This document shows positions 44,089 to 50,699 of a stretch of 50,699 bases of DNA, in pieces. The notes under the pieces were generated by a model. That model searched no databases, had not been told where the DNA came from, and saw only the letters and a program-made list of their open reading frames with translations. The first letter of the stretch is position 1. Each line of letters starts with the position of its first letter. The stretch is from NCBI GenBank assembly GCA_026395655.1, contig JAPLYJ010000046.1, positions 1-50,699 of the forward strand. Reading direction: 5' to 3'. Origin of the DNA: Candidatus Parcubacteria bacterium (GTDB lineage: Bacteria; Patescibacteriota; Minisyncoccia; UBA6257; JAPLYJ01). The translations under genes and the position numbers were made by a program.

Positions 44089-44715
44089 TTACTTTAATAA
44101 TTTTTTATTTAAAATTTCCCAACCGGATTCTGTAATAATCAAATACTTTTTATCTAATAGTGAGACTACATCTAATTGGTCAGCGGGGAGAACTGTTAAA
44201 TACGGTAAATTGCGACCAATTCTAAAAAGATTTTTTTCACCACCAGTAGCTAAGATTGCTGAAGATGGTTTTTTCTCAAACATTGAATCTAAAATTTTAC
44301 CAATGTCTTTAGTTTTGTTCATCTCTAAAGGAATATTTTCTAAAATCAAAAGTTCTTGATCTTTCAATTTAGAGCTTAAAACCATTTTTAAAGCTTTTAA
44401 TTTAGCTTTTTGATTTATTTTTTTAACATAATTCCTTTCATTGGTAGGTCCAAAAGTCACACCACCACCTTTCCAAATTGGAGATCTAATAGATCCATGG
44501 CGAGCCCTACCTGTGCCTTTTTGTTTCCAAGGTTTTTTTCCTCCACCAGCAACTTCACCTCTACCTTTGGCATGAGCGATATTTTTGCGTCTAGAGGAAA
44601 CCATACCATTGTAAACAGTATAGATTAAATTGGGGTTAATTTTTGTCCCCCAAACAGCAGGAGCTGTTACCTCTTTTTCTTTTTTGCCTTTAATATTGTA
44701 AGTCTGTATCGTCAT
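44089..44715 (-). CDS. rplD: 50S ribosomal protein L4
   Basis: 208 aa. KPWKQKGTGRARHGSIRSPIWKGGG. Confidence 0.94.
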   Translation of the reverse strand: MTIQTYNIKGKKEKEVTAPAVWGTKINPNLIYTVYNGMVSSRRKNIAHAKGRGEVAGGGKKPWKQKGTGRARHGSIRSPIWKGGGVTFGPTNERNYVKKINQKAKLKALKMVLSSKLKDQELLILENIPLEMNKTKDIGKILDSMFEKKPSSAILATGGEKNLFRIGRNLPYLTVLPADQLDVVSLLDKKYLIITESGWEILNKKLLK

Positions 44716-44717
44716 GT

Positions 44718-45344
44718 TTATTTACCAACTATTTTTAACAAATCTCCTTTTTTACCAGGTAAAGCACCTGAAACTAGGATGAGATTTTCTGCTAGATCTA
44801 TCTGTAATATTTTTAAATTTTTAACAGTAATTTGATCTCCGCCCATGCGTCCTGCCATCCTTCTGCCTTTGATAACATGCTGAGGATGGGTACCGCCAAT
44901 AGAGCCTGGGGCTCTTTCACTGTGTTTAGTACCATGAGTTTTATTGTGCCCATGAAAACCATATCTTTTTACTCCGCCTTGGAAACCTTTACCTTTAGAA
45001 ATTCCAGTAACATTTACTTTTTCACCTTCGGTAAAAACAGAAACATCAATCTTGTCCCCTGCTTTAAATTTTTCTAAATCATTTTCAGATACAACAAATT
45101 CTTTTAGATGACGGATTAAAATATCTGATTCTGGTAAAGCTTTTTTCAAATGACCTTTTTGAGGTTTTTTCAATTTTTTAATTTCCCCTGTCCCAATTTG
45201 TACAGCAGTATATCCATCTTTTTCTTGGTTTTTAATCTGAACCACCGTATTAGGTTTAGCTTCCAAAATAGAAACCGGTTTTACTCGGCCTTCAGTGTCA
45301 AAAATCTGTGACATCCCTATTTTTTTACCTAGAATAAATTTCAT
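44718..45344 (-). CDS. rplC: 50S ribosomal protein L3
   Basis: 208 aa. GKKIGMSQIF, GKGFQGGVKR. Confidence 0.94.
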   Translation of the reverse strand: MKFILGKKIGMSQIFDTEGRVKPVSILEAKPNTVVQIKNQEKDGYTAVQIGTGEIKKLKKPQKGHLKKALPESDILIRHLKEFVVSENDLEKFKAGDKIDVSVFTEGEKVNVTGISKGKGFQGGVKRYGFHGHNKTHGTKHSERAPGSIGGTHPQHVIKGRRMAGRMGGDQITVKNLKILQIDLAENLILVSGALPGKKGDLLKIVGK

Positions 45345-45363
45345 ATATGTATTTTGTTGGCAA

Positions 45364-45386
45364 TGAAAAACTGGGCAAGGGCCCAG
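45364..45386 (-). terminator. Terminator-like hairpin between rpsJ and rplC (possible attenuator)
   Basis: Minus strand CTGGGC-CCTT-GCCCAG followed by TTTTTC. Confidence 0.5.
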
Positions 45387-45437
45387 CTTCCATGACTTTC
45401 CTAAAACTGGACTTTTAAAGGAAACTACTGGTATATT

Positions 45438-45770
45438 TTACATTTTAATTTCTACGTCTACTCCGGCTGGCAAATTCAAATTAGTTAAAGCTTCGATAGT
45501 CTGAGCATTAGGGCTCATAATATCTATCAACCTTTTATGCGTTCTAATTTCAAATTGCTCTCTGGCATCTTTTTTCACAAACGTAGATCTGTTAACTGTG
45601 TATTTACGATTTTCAGTTGGTAAAGGAATAGGTCCTATCACCTCACTACCGTGACGTAAGACCGTTTCAATGATCTGTCGGCAAGAATTATCAATCAACT
45701 TATGATCATAAGCTCTTACCTTGATCCTAATCCTTTGTTTAAGTTCTTGTTTAGCAACTGTAGCTTTCAC
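45438..45770 (-). CDS. rpsJ: 30S ribosomal protein S10
   Basis: 110 aa. [25 protein letters not shown]. Apparent GTG start. Confidence 0.93.
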   Translation of the reverse strand: MKATVAKQELKQRIRIKVRAYDHKLIDNSCRQIIETVLRHGSEVIGPIPLPTENRKYTVNRSTFVKKDAREQFEIRTHKRLIDIMSPNAQTIEALTNLNLPAGVDVEIKM

Positions 45771-45786
45771 CGTAAAATTTTATTAA

Positions 45787-46986
45787 TTAACTAACAATTT
45801 TAGATACTACGCCAGCTCCGACTGTTTTACCACCTTCACGAATAGCAAATTTTTGTTTTTCTTCTAAAGCAACTGGAGCTACTAATTTAACTTTAATTTT
45901 AGCATTGTCTCCAGGCATAACCATTTCTACGCCTTCTGCTAAAGCAACGTCACCAGTGACATCAGCTGTTCTGATAAAGAATTGAGGTTTATAACCTGTG
46001 AAAAATGGCGTATGGCGACCACCTTCTTCTTTGGATAAAATATATACCTCAGCTTCAAAGTCTGTATGGATAGAAGAAGCGCCTGGCAAAACCACATCTT
46101 GACCACGCCTGACATCTTCTTTTTTAATACCACGCAAAAGTAAACCAACGTTGTCTCCAGCCCTACCTTCGTCTAATGTTTTGTTAAACATTTCTACGCC
46201 GGTAACTACTGTTTTGGTAGCTGGCTTAAAACCAACGATTTCTACTTCGTCATTAGTGTGAATAATACCTCTTTCAATCCTACCAGTAACTACTGTACCA
46301 CGTCCTTCAATTGAGAAAATATCTTCTACAGGCATTAAGAAAGGCTTGTCAATTTCACGAACAGGTTCTGGAAAATATGCATCTACTTTATCCAAAAGTT
46401 CAAAAATTGGTTTTAAAGCTTCATCATCAACATTTTTAGCATCTAAAGCTTTTAAAGCAGAACCCCTAACAAAAGGAATCTCATTACCAGGAAAACTATA
46501 TTTTGTTAAAAGTTCTCTAGTTTCAGCTTCTACTAAATCAACCAATTCAGGATCGTCTACGATATCTACTTTGTTTAAGAAAACTATCATAGCAGGGACA
46601 CCAATCTGACTAGCTAAAAGAATGTGCTCTCTAGTTTGAGGCATGGGACCATCTGCAGCTGAAACAACTAAAATAGCTCCATCCATCTGAGCAGAACCTG
46701 TAATCATATTTTTGATATAATCGCTGTGCCCTGGACAATCAATATGAGCATAGTGCCTCTTCTCTGTTTCGTATTCAGAGTGATGAACATTAATAGTAAT
46801 TCCGCGTGATTTTTCTTCAGGTGCTTTATCAATCTGATCTACGGATAAGGCCACTTTAGCCATACCTTTCATGTTTAAAGCATGAGAAATAGCGGCTGTT
46901 AAGGTAGTTTTGCCGTGATCAATGTGCCCGATAGTACCAATGTTCATGTGTGGCTTACCACGAACAAATTTTTCTTTTTCTGCCAT
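45787..46986 (-). CDS. tuf: Translation elongation factor Tu
   Basis: 399 aa. [22 protein letters not shown]. Confidence 0.97.
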   Translation of the reverse strand: MAEKEKFVRGKPHMNIGTIGHIDHGKTTLTAAISHALNMKGMAKVALSVDQIDKAPEEKSRGITINVHHSEYETEKRHYAHIDCPGHSDYIKNMITGSAQMDGAILVVSAADGPMPQTREHILLASQIGVPAMIVFLNKVDIVDDPELVDLVEAETRELLTKYSFPGNEIPFVRGSALKALDAKNVDDEALKPIFELLDKVDAYFPEPVREIDKPFLMPVEDIFSIEGRGTVVTGRIERGIIHTNDEVEIVGFKPATKTVVTGVEMFNKTLDEGRAGDNVGLLLRGIKKEDVRRGQDVVLPGASSIHTDFEAEVYILSKEEGGRHTPFFTGYKPQFFIRTADVTGDVALAEGVEMVMPGDNAKIKVKLVAPVALEEKQKFAIREGGKTVGAGVVSKIVS

Positions 46987-47055
46987 ATTTTTGTTTATTT
47001 TTTTTAATTTAATTAGGCTTCGACTTGTTTAATTTTTAATTAATTGAGTAATACG

Positions 47056-47084
47056 ATAATATAAAAAAAGCGCGTTTTTGTCAA
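47056..47084 (-). promoter_or_regulatory. Candidate internal sigma70 promoter upstream of tuf
   Basis: Minus strand TTGACA-17 nt-TATTAT in the fusA-tuf spacer. Confidence 0.5.
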
Positions 47085-47102
47085 ATGGCAAGCTAAAATT
47101 TA

Positions 47103-49211
47103 TTATTTAGCTCTTCCGGCAATGATAGTCTCAGCTACATTGCGAGGTACTTCCTCATAAGAATTAAATTCCATGTTATAGCTACCTCTGCCTTCGGTCA
47201 TGGAGCGAACTTTGGTAACATAGCCAAACATTTCCTCCAAAGGCACCAAAGCATCAATAATTTTACATTTAGCTCTGTCTGATATCTTTTCTATCTTCCC
47301 TCTTTTAGCATTGATATCACCAATAATATCTCCTAAAAATTCTTCTGGCACATTTACTTCTACTTTAACAATGGGTTCGATAATAACAGGGTTGGCACTT
47401 TTGACAGCATCTTGAAAAGCCATGGCACCAGCAATTTTAAAAGCCATATCAGAAGAATCTACATCGTGATAAGAACCATCATATAAAGTGACTTTTAAAT
47501 CTTTAACAGGATATCCAGCAATCACACCTTTTTCCATAGATTCTTTTACTCCTTTTTCTACAGGAGAAATAAATTCTTGAGGAATAACTCCACCTTTGAT
47601 AGCATTAACGAATTCAAAGCCTTGGCCTCTTTCTAAAGGTTCTACTCTTAACCAAACATGTCCGTATTGTCCCCTACCGCCTGATTGCTTAATATACTTA
47701 CCTTCAGCCTCAGCCATTTTTTTAATAGTTTCTTTGAAGGCTACCTGAGGTTTACCAGTATTAACTCCTACATTAAATTCTCTTCTTAAACGATCTACTA
47801 AAATATCTAAATGAAGTTCTCCCATGCCAGCAATAATTGTTTCCATAGTTTCTTGATTAGTTGTCACTCTAAAAGTCGGATCTTCTTCTGATAATTTGTG
47901 TAAAGCCAAACTAATCTTGTCTTGATCTGATTTAGTTTTAGGTTCAATTTTAATAGAAATAACAGGTTCTGGAAAAACAATTTTTTCTAAGATAATAGGA
48001 TGATTTTCATCGCATAATGTGTCTCCAGTAGTAGTATTTTTTAAACCTACTGTGGTAGCAATATCTCCAGCATAGATATCATCAATTTCTTCTCTTTTGT
48101 CTGCAAACATTCTTACCAAACGGCTGATTCTTTCTTGCCCACCTTTAGTTACATTATAAATATAAGAACCTTTGGTTAATTTACCAGAATATACTCTAAA
48201 ATACGTCAAACTACCTACAAAAGGATCAGTAGCAATTTTAAAAGCTAAAGCAGAAAAAGGTTCATCATCAGATGATTTTCTTTCAATTTCGAAATCAGTT
48301 TTAGGATCTAATCCTTTAACAGGAGGTAAATCTAAAGGAGAAGGTAAATATTCTACCATGGCATCTAAAACAGGCTGCACTCCTTTGTTGCGAAAAGAAG
48401 CACCACAAAAAACAGGCACCATTTTACCACCAATAGTAGCTCGTCTAATAATTTTTCTTATCTCTTCTTCGTCAGGTTCTTTGCCATTTTCTAAATATTC
48501 GTTCAATGCTTTTTCATCCTGTTCAGCTACAGCTTCTATCAATAACTTATGATATTTATCAGCTTCAGACTTATTAGAATCACTGATTTCAGTTATTCCC
48601 ATATTTTGACCTTGTTCACCATCAAACCTCACTTCTTTCATGGTAATTAAATCAATCACACCTTCGTGCTTGTCTTCTAAGCCAATGGGGATATTCAAGG
48701 CCACAGCATCAGAAGTTAACCTTTCTTTGATAGAACCAAAACTGAATTCAAAGCTTGCCCCCAATCTATCCATTTTATTAATAAAGCAAATTCTAGGTAC
48801 TCCAAACTTATCAGCTTGGTGCCATACTGTTTCTGATTGTGGCTCTACACCAGCGACACCATCAAAAACTACAACAGCTCCATCTAAAACACGTAAAGAA
48901 CGTTGTACCTCTGCGGTAAAATCAATGTGTCCTGGAGTGTCAATAATATTAATCTGACATTCATATTTTTTGTCTTTTTGGCGATAAGAAGGAATCCAAT
49001 AACAAGTAGTAGCAGCTGAAGTGATAGTAATACCTCTTTCCCTTTCTTGAGCCATCCAATCCATAATGGTATCACCATCGTCAATTACACCAATTTTGTG
49101 AGCTGCACCAGTATAAAAAAGAATCCGCTCTGTAGTAGTAGTTTTGCCGGCATCAATGTGTGCAATGATACCTGTATTGCGCATTTTATCTAAGGGAAAA
49201 TTTCTAGGCAT
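47103..49211 (-). CDS. fusA: Translation elongation factor G
   Basis: 702 aa. [26 protein letters not shown], full five-domain length. Confidence 0.97.
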   Translation of the reverse strand: MPRNFPLDKMRNTGIIAHIDAGKTTTTERILFYTGAAHKIGVIDDGDTIMDWMAQERERGITITSAATTCYWIPSYRQKDKKYECQINIIDTPGHIDFTAEVQRSLRVLDGAVVVFDGVAGVEPQSETVWHQADKFGVPRICFINKMDRLGASFEFSFGSIKERLTSDAVALNIPIGLEDKHEGVIDLITMKEVRFDGEQGQNMGITEISDSNKSEADKYHKLLIEAVAEQDEKALNEYLENGKEPDEEEIRKIIRRATIGGKMVPVFCGASFRNKGVQPVLDAMVEYLPSPLDLPPVKGLDPKTDFEIERKSSDDEPFSALAFKIATDPFVGSLTYFRVYSGKLTKGSYIYNVTKGGQERISRLVRMFADKREEIDDIYAGDIATTVGLKNTTTGDTLCDENHPIILEKIVFPEPVISIKIEPKTKSDQDKISLALHKLSEEDPTFRVTTNQETMETIIAGMGELHLDILVDRLRREFNVGVNTGKPQVAFKETIKKMAEAEGKYIKQSGGRGQYGHVWLRVEPLERGQGFEFVNAIKGGVIPQEFISPVEKGVKESMEKGVIAGYPVKDLKVTLYDGSYHDVDSSDMAFKIAGAMAFQDAVKSANPVIIEPIVKVEVNVPEEFLGDIIGDINAKRGKIEKISDRAKCKIIDALVPLEEMFGYVTKVRSMTEGRGSYNMEFNSYEEVPRNVAETIIAGRAK

Positions 49212-49290
49212 GTTTTATTAAAAATATTTTTTAAAATTAATATAAATCTTGGACATAAAAAAAGGACTACCCCTTTCAGTTTTAAAAACC

Positions 49291-49758
49291 TTAGAAACTG
49301 AAGTGAGCAAAGGCACGGTTAGCTTCTGCCATACGATGGGTATCTAATTTTTTCTTAATAGCTGTACCTTCATTCTTAGAAGCAGCTATCAATTCCGCAG
49401 CTAATTTCTTAGCTATGGGTTGACCTTTTTTAGATCTAACAGCATTTAAAATCCAGCGGAAAGCTAAAGTCATTCGTCTTTCAGCATTAACTGGTGTAGG
49501 TACTTGATAGTTGGCACCACCTACTCTTTTACTTTTGACCTCCAAAGCAGGACCTACATTTTCCAAAGCTAAATCAAAAATCGTAATAGGATCTTGTTTG
49601 GTTTCTTCTTTGATAATATCCATGGCTCGATAAAAAGCAGCTAAAGCTACTGATTTCTTGCCTTCTTTCATTAAATGGTTAACAAATTTAGTTGCTATTG
49701 AACTTTTATAAATAGCATCTGGTTCGTAATTTCTAATTATTCTATGTTTCCTTCTCAT
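49291..49758 (-). CDS. rpsG: 30S ribosomal protein S7
   Basis: 155 aa. MRRKHRI..., VKSKRVGGANYQVP, RAFAHF. Confidence 0.94.
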   Translation of the reverse strand: MRRKHRIIRNYEPDAIYKSSIATKFVNHLMKEGKKSVALAAFYRAMDIIKEETKQDPITIFDLALENVGPALEVKSKRVGGANYQVPTPVNAERRMTLAFRWILNAVRSKKGQPIAKKLAAELIAASKNEGTAIKKKLDTHRMAEANRAFAHFSF

Positions 49759-49761
49759 ATA

Positions 49762-50178
49762 TTATTTTGCTTTAGGTCTTTTAGCTCCGTATTTACTTCT
49801 TTGTTGTTTTCTGTTCTCTACTCCACCAGCGTCATATTTGCCTCGTACTACGTGATAACGCACACCAGGAAGATCTTTAACACGACCACCACGTAACATA
49901 ACCACAGAGTGCTCTTGTAGATTATGCCCTTCTCCGGGAATGTAAGCTGTGACCTCCATGCCATTGGAAAGCCTAACCCTAACTACTTTTCTTAAAGCAG
50001 AATTAGGTTTTTTAGGTGTAGTAGTAAAAACCTTTAAACAAACTCCCCTTTTAAAAGGTGACGAAAAAAGACTAGATCTATTTTTTTTAACATTAAAACC
50101 ATGATCAAAAGCTGGAGCTTTGGTTTTTTTGCTCTTAGATTTTCTTTTTTTCTTAGTTAATTGATTTAAGGTGGGCAT
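49762..50178 (-). CDS. rpsL: 30S ribosomal protein S12
   Basis: Start placed at MPTLNQL (ATG 50176-50178). [28 protein letters not shown]. The longer track ORF extends upstream into the promoter region. Confidence 0.93.
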   Translation of the reverse strand: MPTLNQLTKKKRKSKSKKTKAPAFDHGFNVKKNRSSLFSSPFKRGVCLKVFTTTPKKPNSALRKVVRVRLSNGMEVTAYIPGEGHNLQEHSVVMLRGGRVKDLPGVRYHVVRGKYDAGGVENRKQQRSKYGAKRPKAK

Positions 50179-50215
50179 ATAAAAATTTAATATGTATTGT
50201 ATATTACTGGAAAAT

Positions 50216-50244
50216 ATATTAGCAAACATATCATATACTGTCAA
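50216..50244 (-). promoter_or_regulatory. Candidate sigma70 promoter of the str operon
   Basis: Minus strand TTGACA-17 nt-TAATAT, about 35 nt upstream of the rpsL start. Confidence 0.5.
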
Positions 50245-50274
50245 ATAAAAGACGAAGGCTAACACCTCCGTCGT
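50244..50274 (-). terminator. Hairpin terminator upstream of the rpsL promoter
   Basis: Minus strand GACGGAGG-TGTTAG-CCTTCGTC (one G-U pair) followed by TTTTATTT. Confidence 0.55.
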
Positions 50275-50309
50275 TTAGACATCTATATACGAACAAATTG
50301 TTTTTTAAA

Positions 50310-50486
50310 TTAAGGAAACAATTCGTAAGCTTGCTTGAAGTGAATCAAATACAATATAAAATACCAAGCTAAACTAGAAAAAATGCACCCTGCTATAAAA
50401 CCAGACAAAGAGGAAGCTAAAATTTTCCCTATCTTATACTTGAAAGTCCTTTTTTCATCAGAGATGAAATCACGTTGAATGCCCAT
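50310..50486 (-). CDS. Possible 58-aa small membrane protein (hypothetical)
   Basis: Hand-read ORF MGIQRDFISDEKRTFKYKIGKILASSLSGFIAGCIFSSLAWYFILYLIHFKQAYELFP, followed by the hairpin terminator. It falls below the ORF-track length cutoff. No homolog recognised. Confidence 0.3.
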   Translation of the reverse strand: MGIQRDFISDEKRTFKYKIGKILASSLSGFIAGCIFSSLAWYFILYLIHFKQAYELFP

Positions 50487-50699
50487 GTTTTTTAAAATTA
50501 TTTTTATATTTTAAAATCGACTTATTAATATACTTATATTATATTCTTTTATAATTATCACGCATCACATCATATAAAATGACACCATGCGGATACTGGT
50601 TAAATCATATAAAAAGACACCCAAATATGATAGATTGCCGATAACAATTAAAGGCAAATATCATATATGAACATACAATCAAAACAACAATATATGGAC

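Noticed and set aside
49212-49290. Weak AAAGG...CCTTT hairpin with a T-run between rpsG and fusA
   Set aside because: The stem has only 5 bp and is AT-rich, which is insufficient to call a terminator or regulatory element.
36693-50178. Numerous 60-130-aa antisense or out-of-frame ORFs inside ribosomal-protein, tuf and fusA genes (for example 42805-43128, 45939-46148, 48172-48552, 48884-49084)
   Set aside because: All are embedded in highly conserved genes on the opposite strand or in another frame. Their translations are low-complexity, and they lack RBS or promoter signals.
1-50699. Possibility of an alternative genetic code (UGA or UAG recoding, as in some CPR lineages)
   Set aside because: All conserved genes (ribosomal proteins, EF-Tu, EF-G, aaRS, SecY) read through at full length with standard stops. 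Only tpiA is interrupted, by a TAA together with a frame offset and missing residues, which is not the recoding pattern.
1-50699. CRISPR arrays, transposases, integrases, rRNA genes
   Set aside because: No regularly spaced direct repeats, no recognisable transposase or integrase ORFs, and no rRNA-like conserved stretches were seen. The only long ORF-free gap is explained by RNase P RNA.

Overview
AT-rich, tightly packed bacterial window with almost every gene on the minus strand. It has housekeeping content typical of a reduced genome. The lineage guess of Candidate Phyla Radiation / Patescibacteria-like is inference only; it rests on the absence of rpmD (L30) between rpsE and rplO, a DUF4012-like protein, fragmentary glycolysis and the standard genetic code. 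From the left: a CIRCE-controlled hrcA-grpE-dnaK operon (dnaK runs off the edge), corA-like, cysS, dnaB and rplU. Next comes a small, higher-G+C two-gene insertion beside tRNA-Glu, then a dcw cluster (mraZ-rsmH-ftsL-like-ftsI-murF) with phased GTGG repeats upstream of mraZ, then tyrS and tRNA-Val. An accessory locus follows, then rplJ-rplL, an orphan 606-aa HExxH protein, tandem hexulose-phosphate-synthase-like paralogs, and an SPFH protein with a stand-alone EF-Tu domain-II homolog. After these come tRNA-Thr and tRNA-Gly, divIC-like, lepA, murJ, a DUF4012-like protein, RNase P RNA, rnhA, an exonuclease, pgk, a SIMPL protein, a disrupted tpiA, galT-like and ruvX. The window ends with a complete str-S10-spc ribosomal superoperon (rpsL to map). 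The most interesting item is at 15070-16468: a radical SAM/SPASM enzyme with a textbook sigma70 promoter, translationally coupled to a 51-aa peptide. The peptide's C-terminus carries five Trp-x-(Asn/Asp/Glu) triplets. This looks like an uncharacterised RiPP operon lying between tRNA-Val and the rplL terminator. No CRISPR arrays, transposases or rRNA genes were seen.
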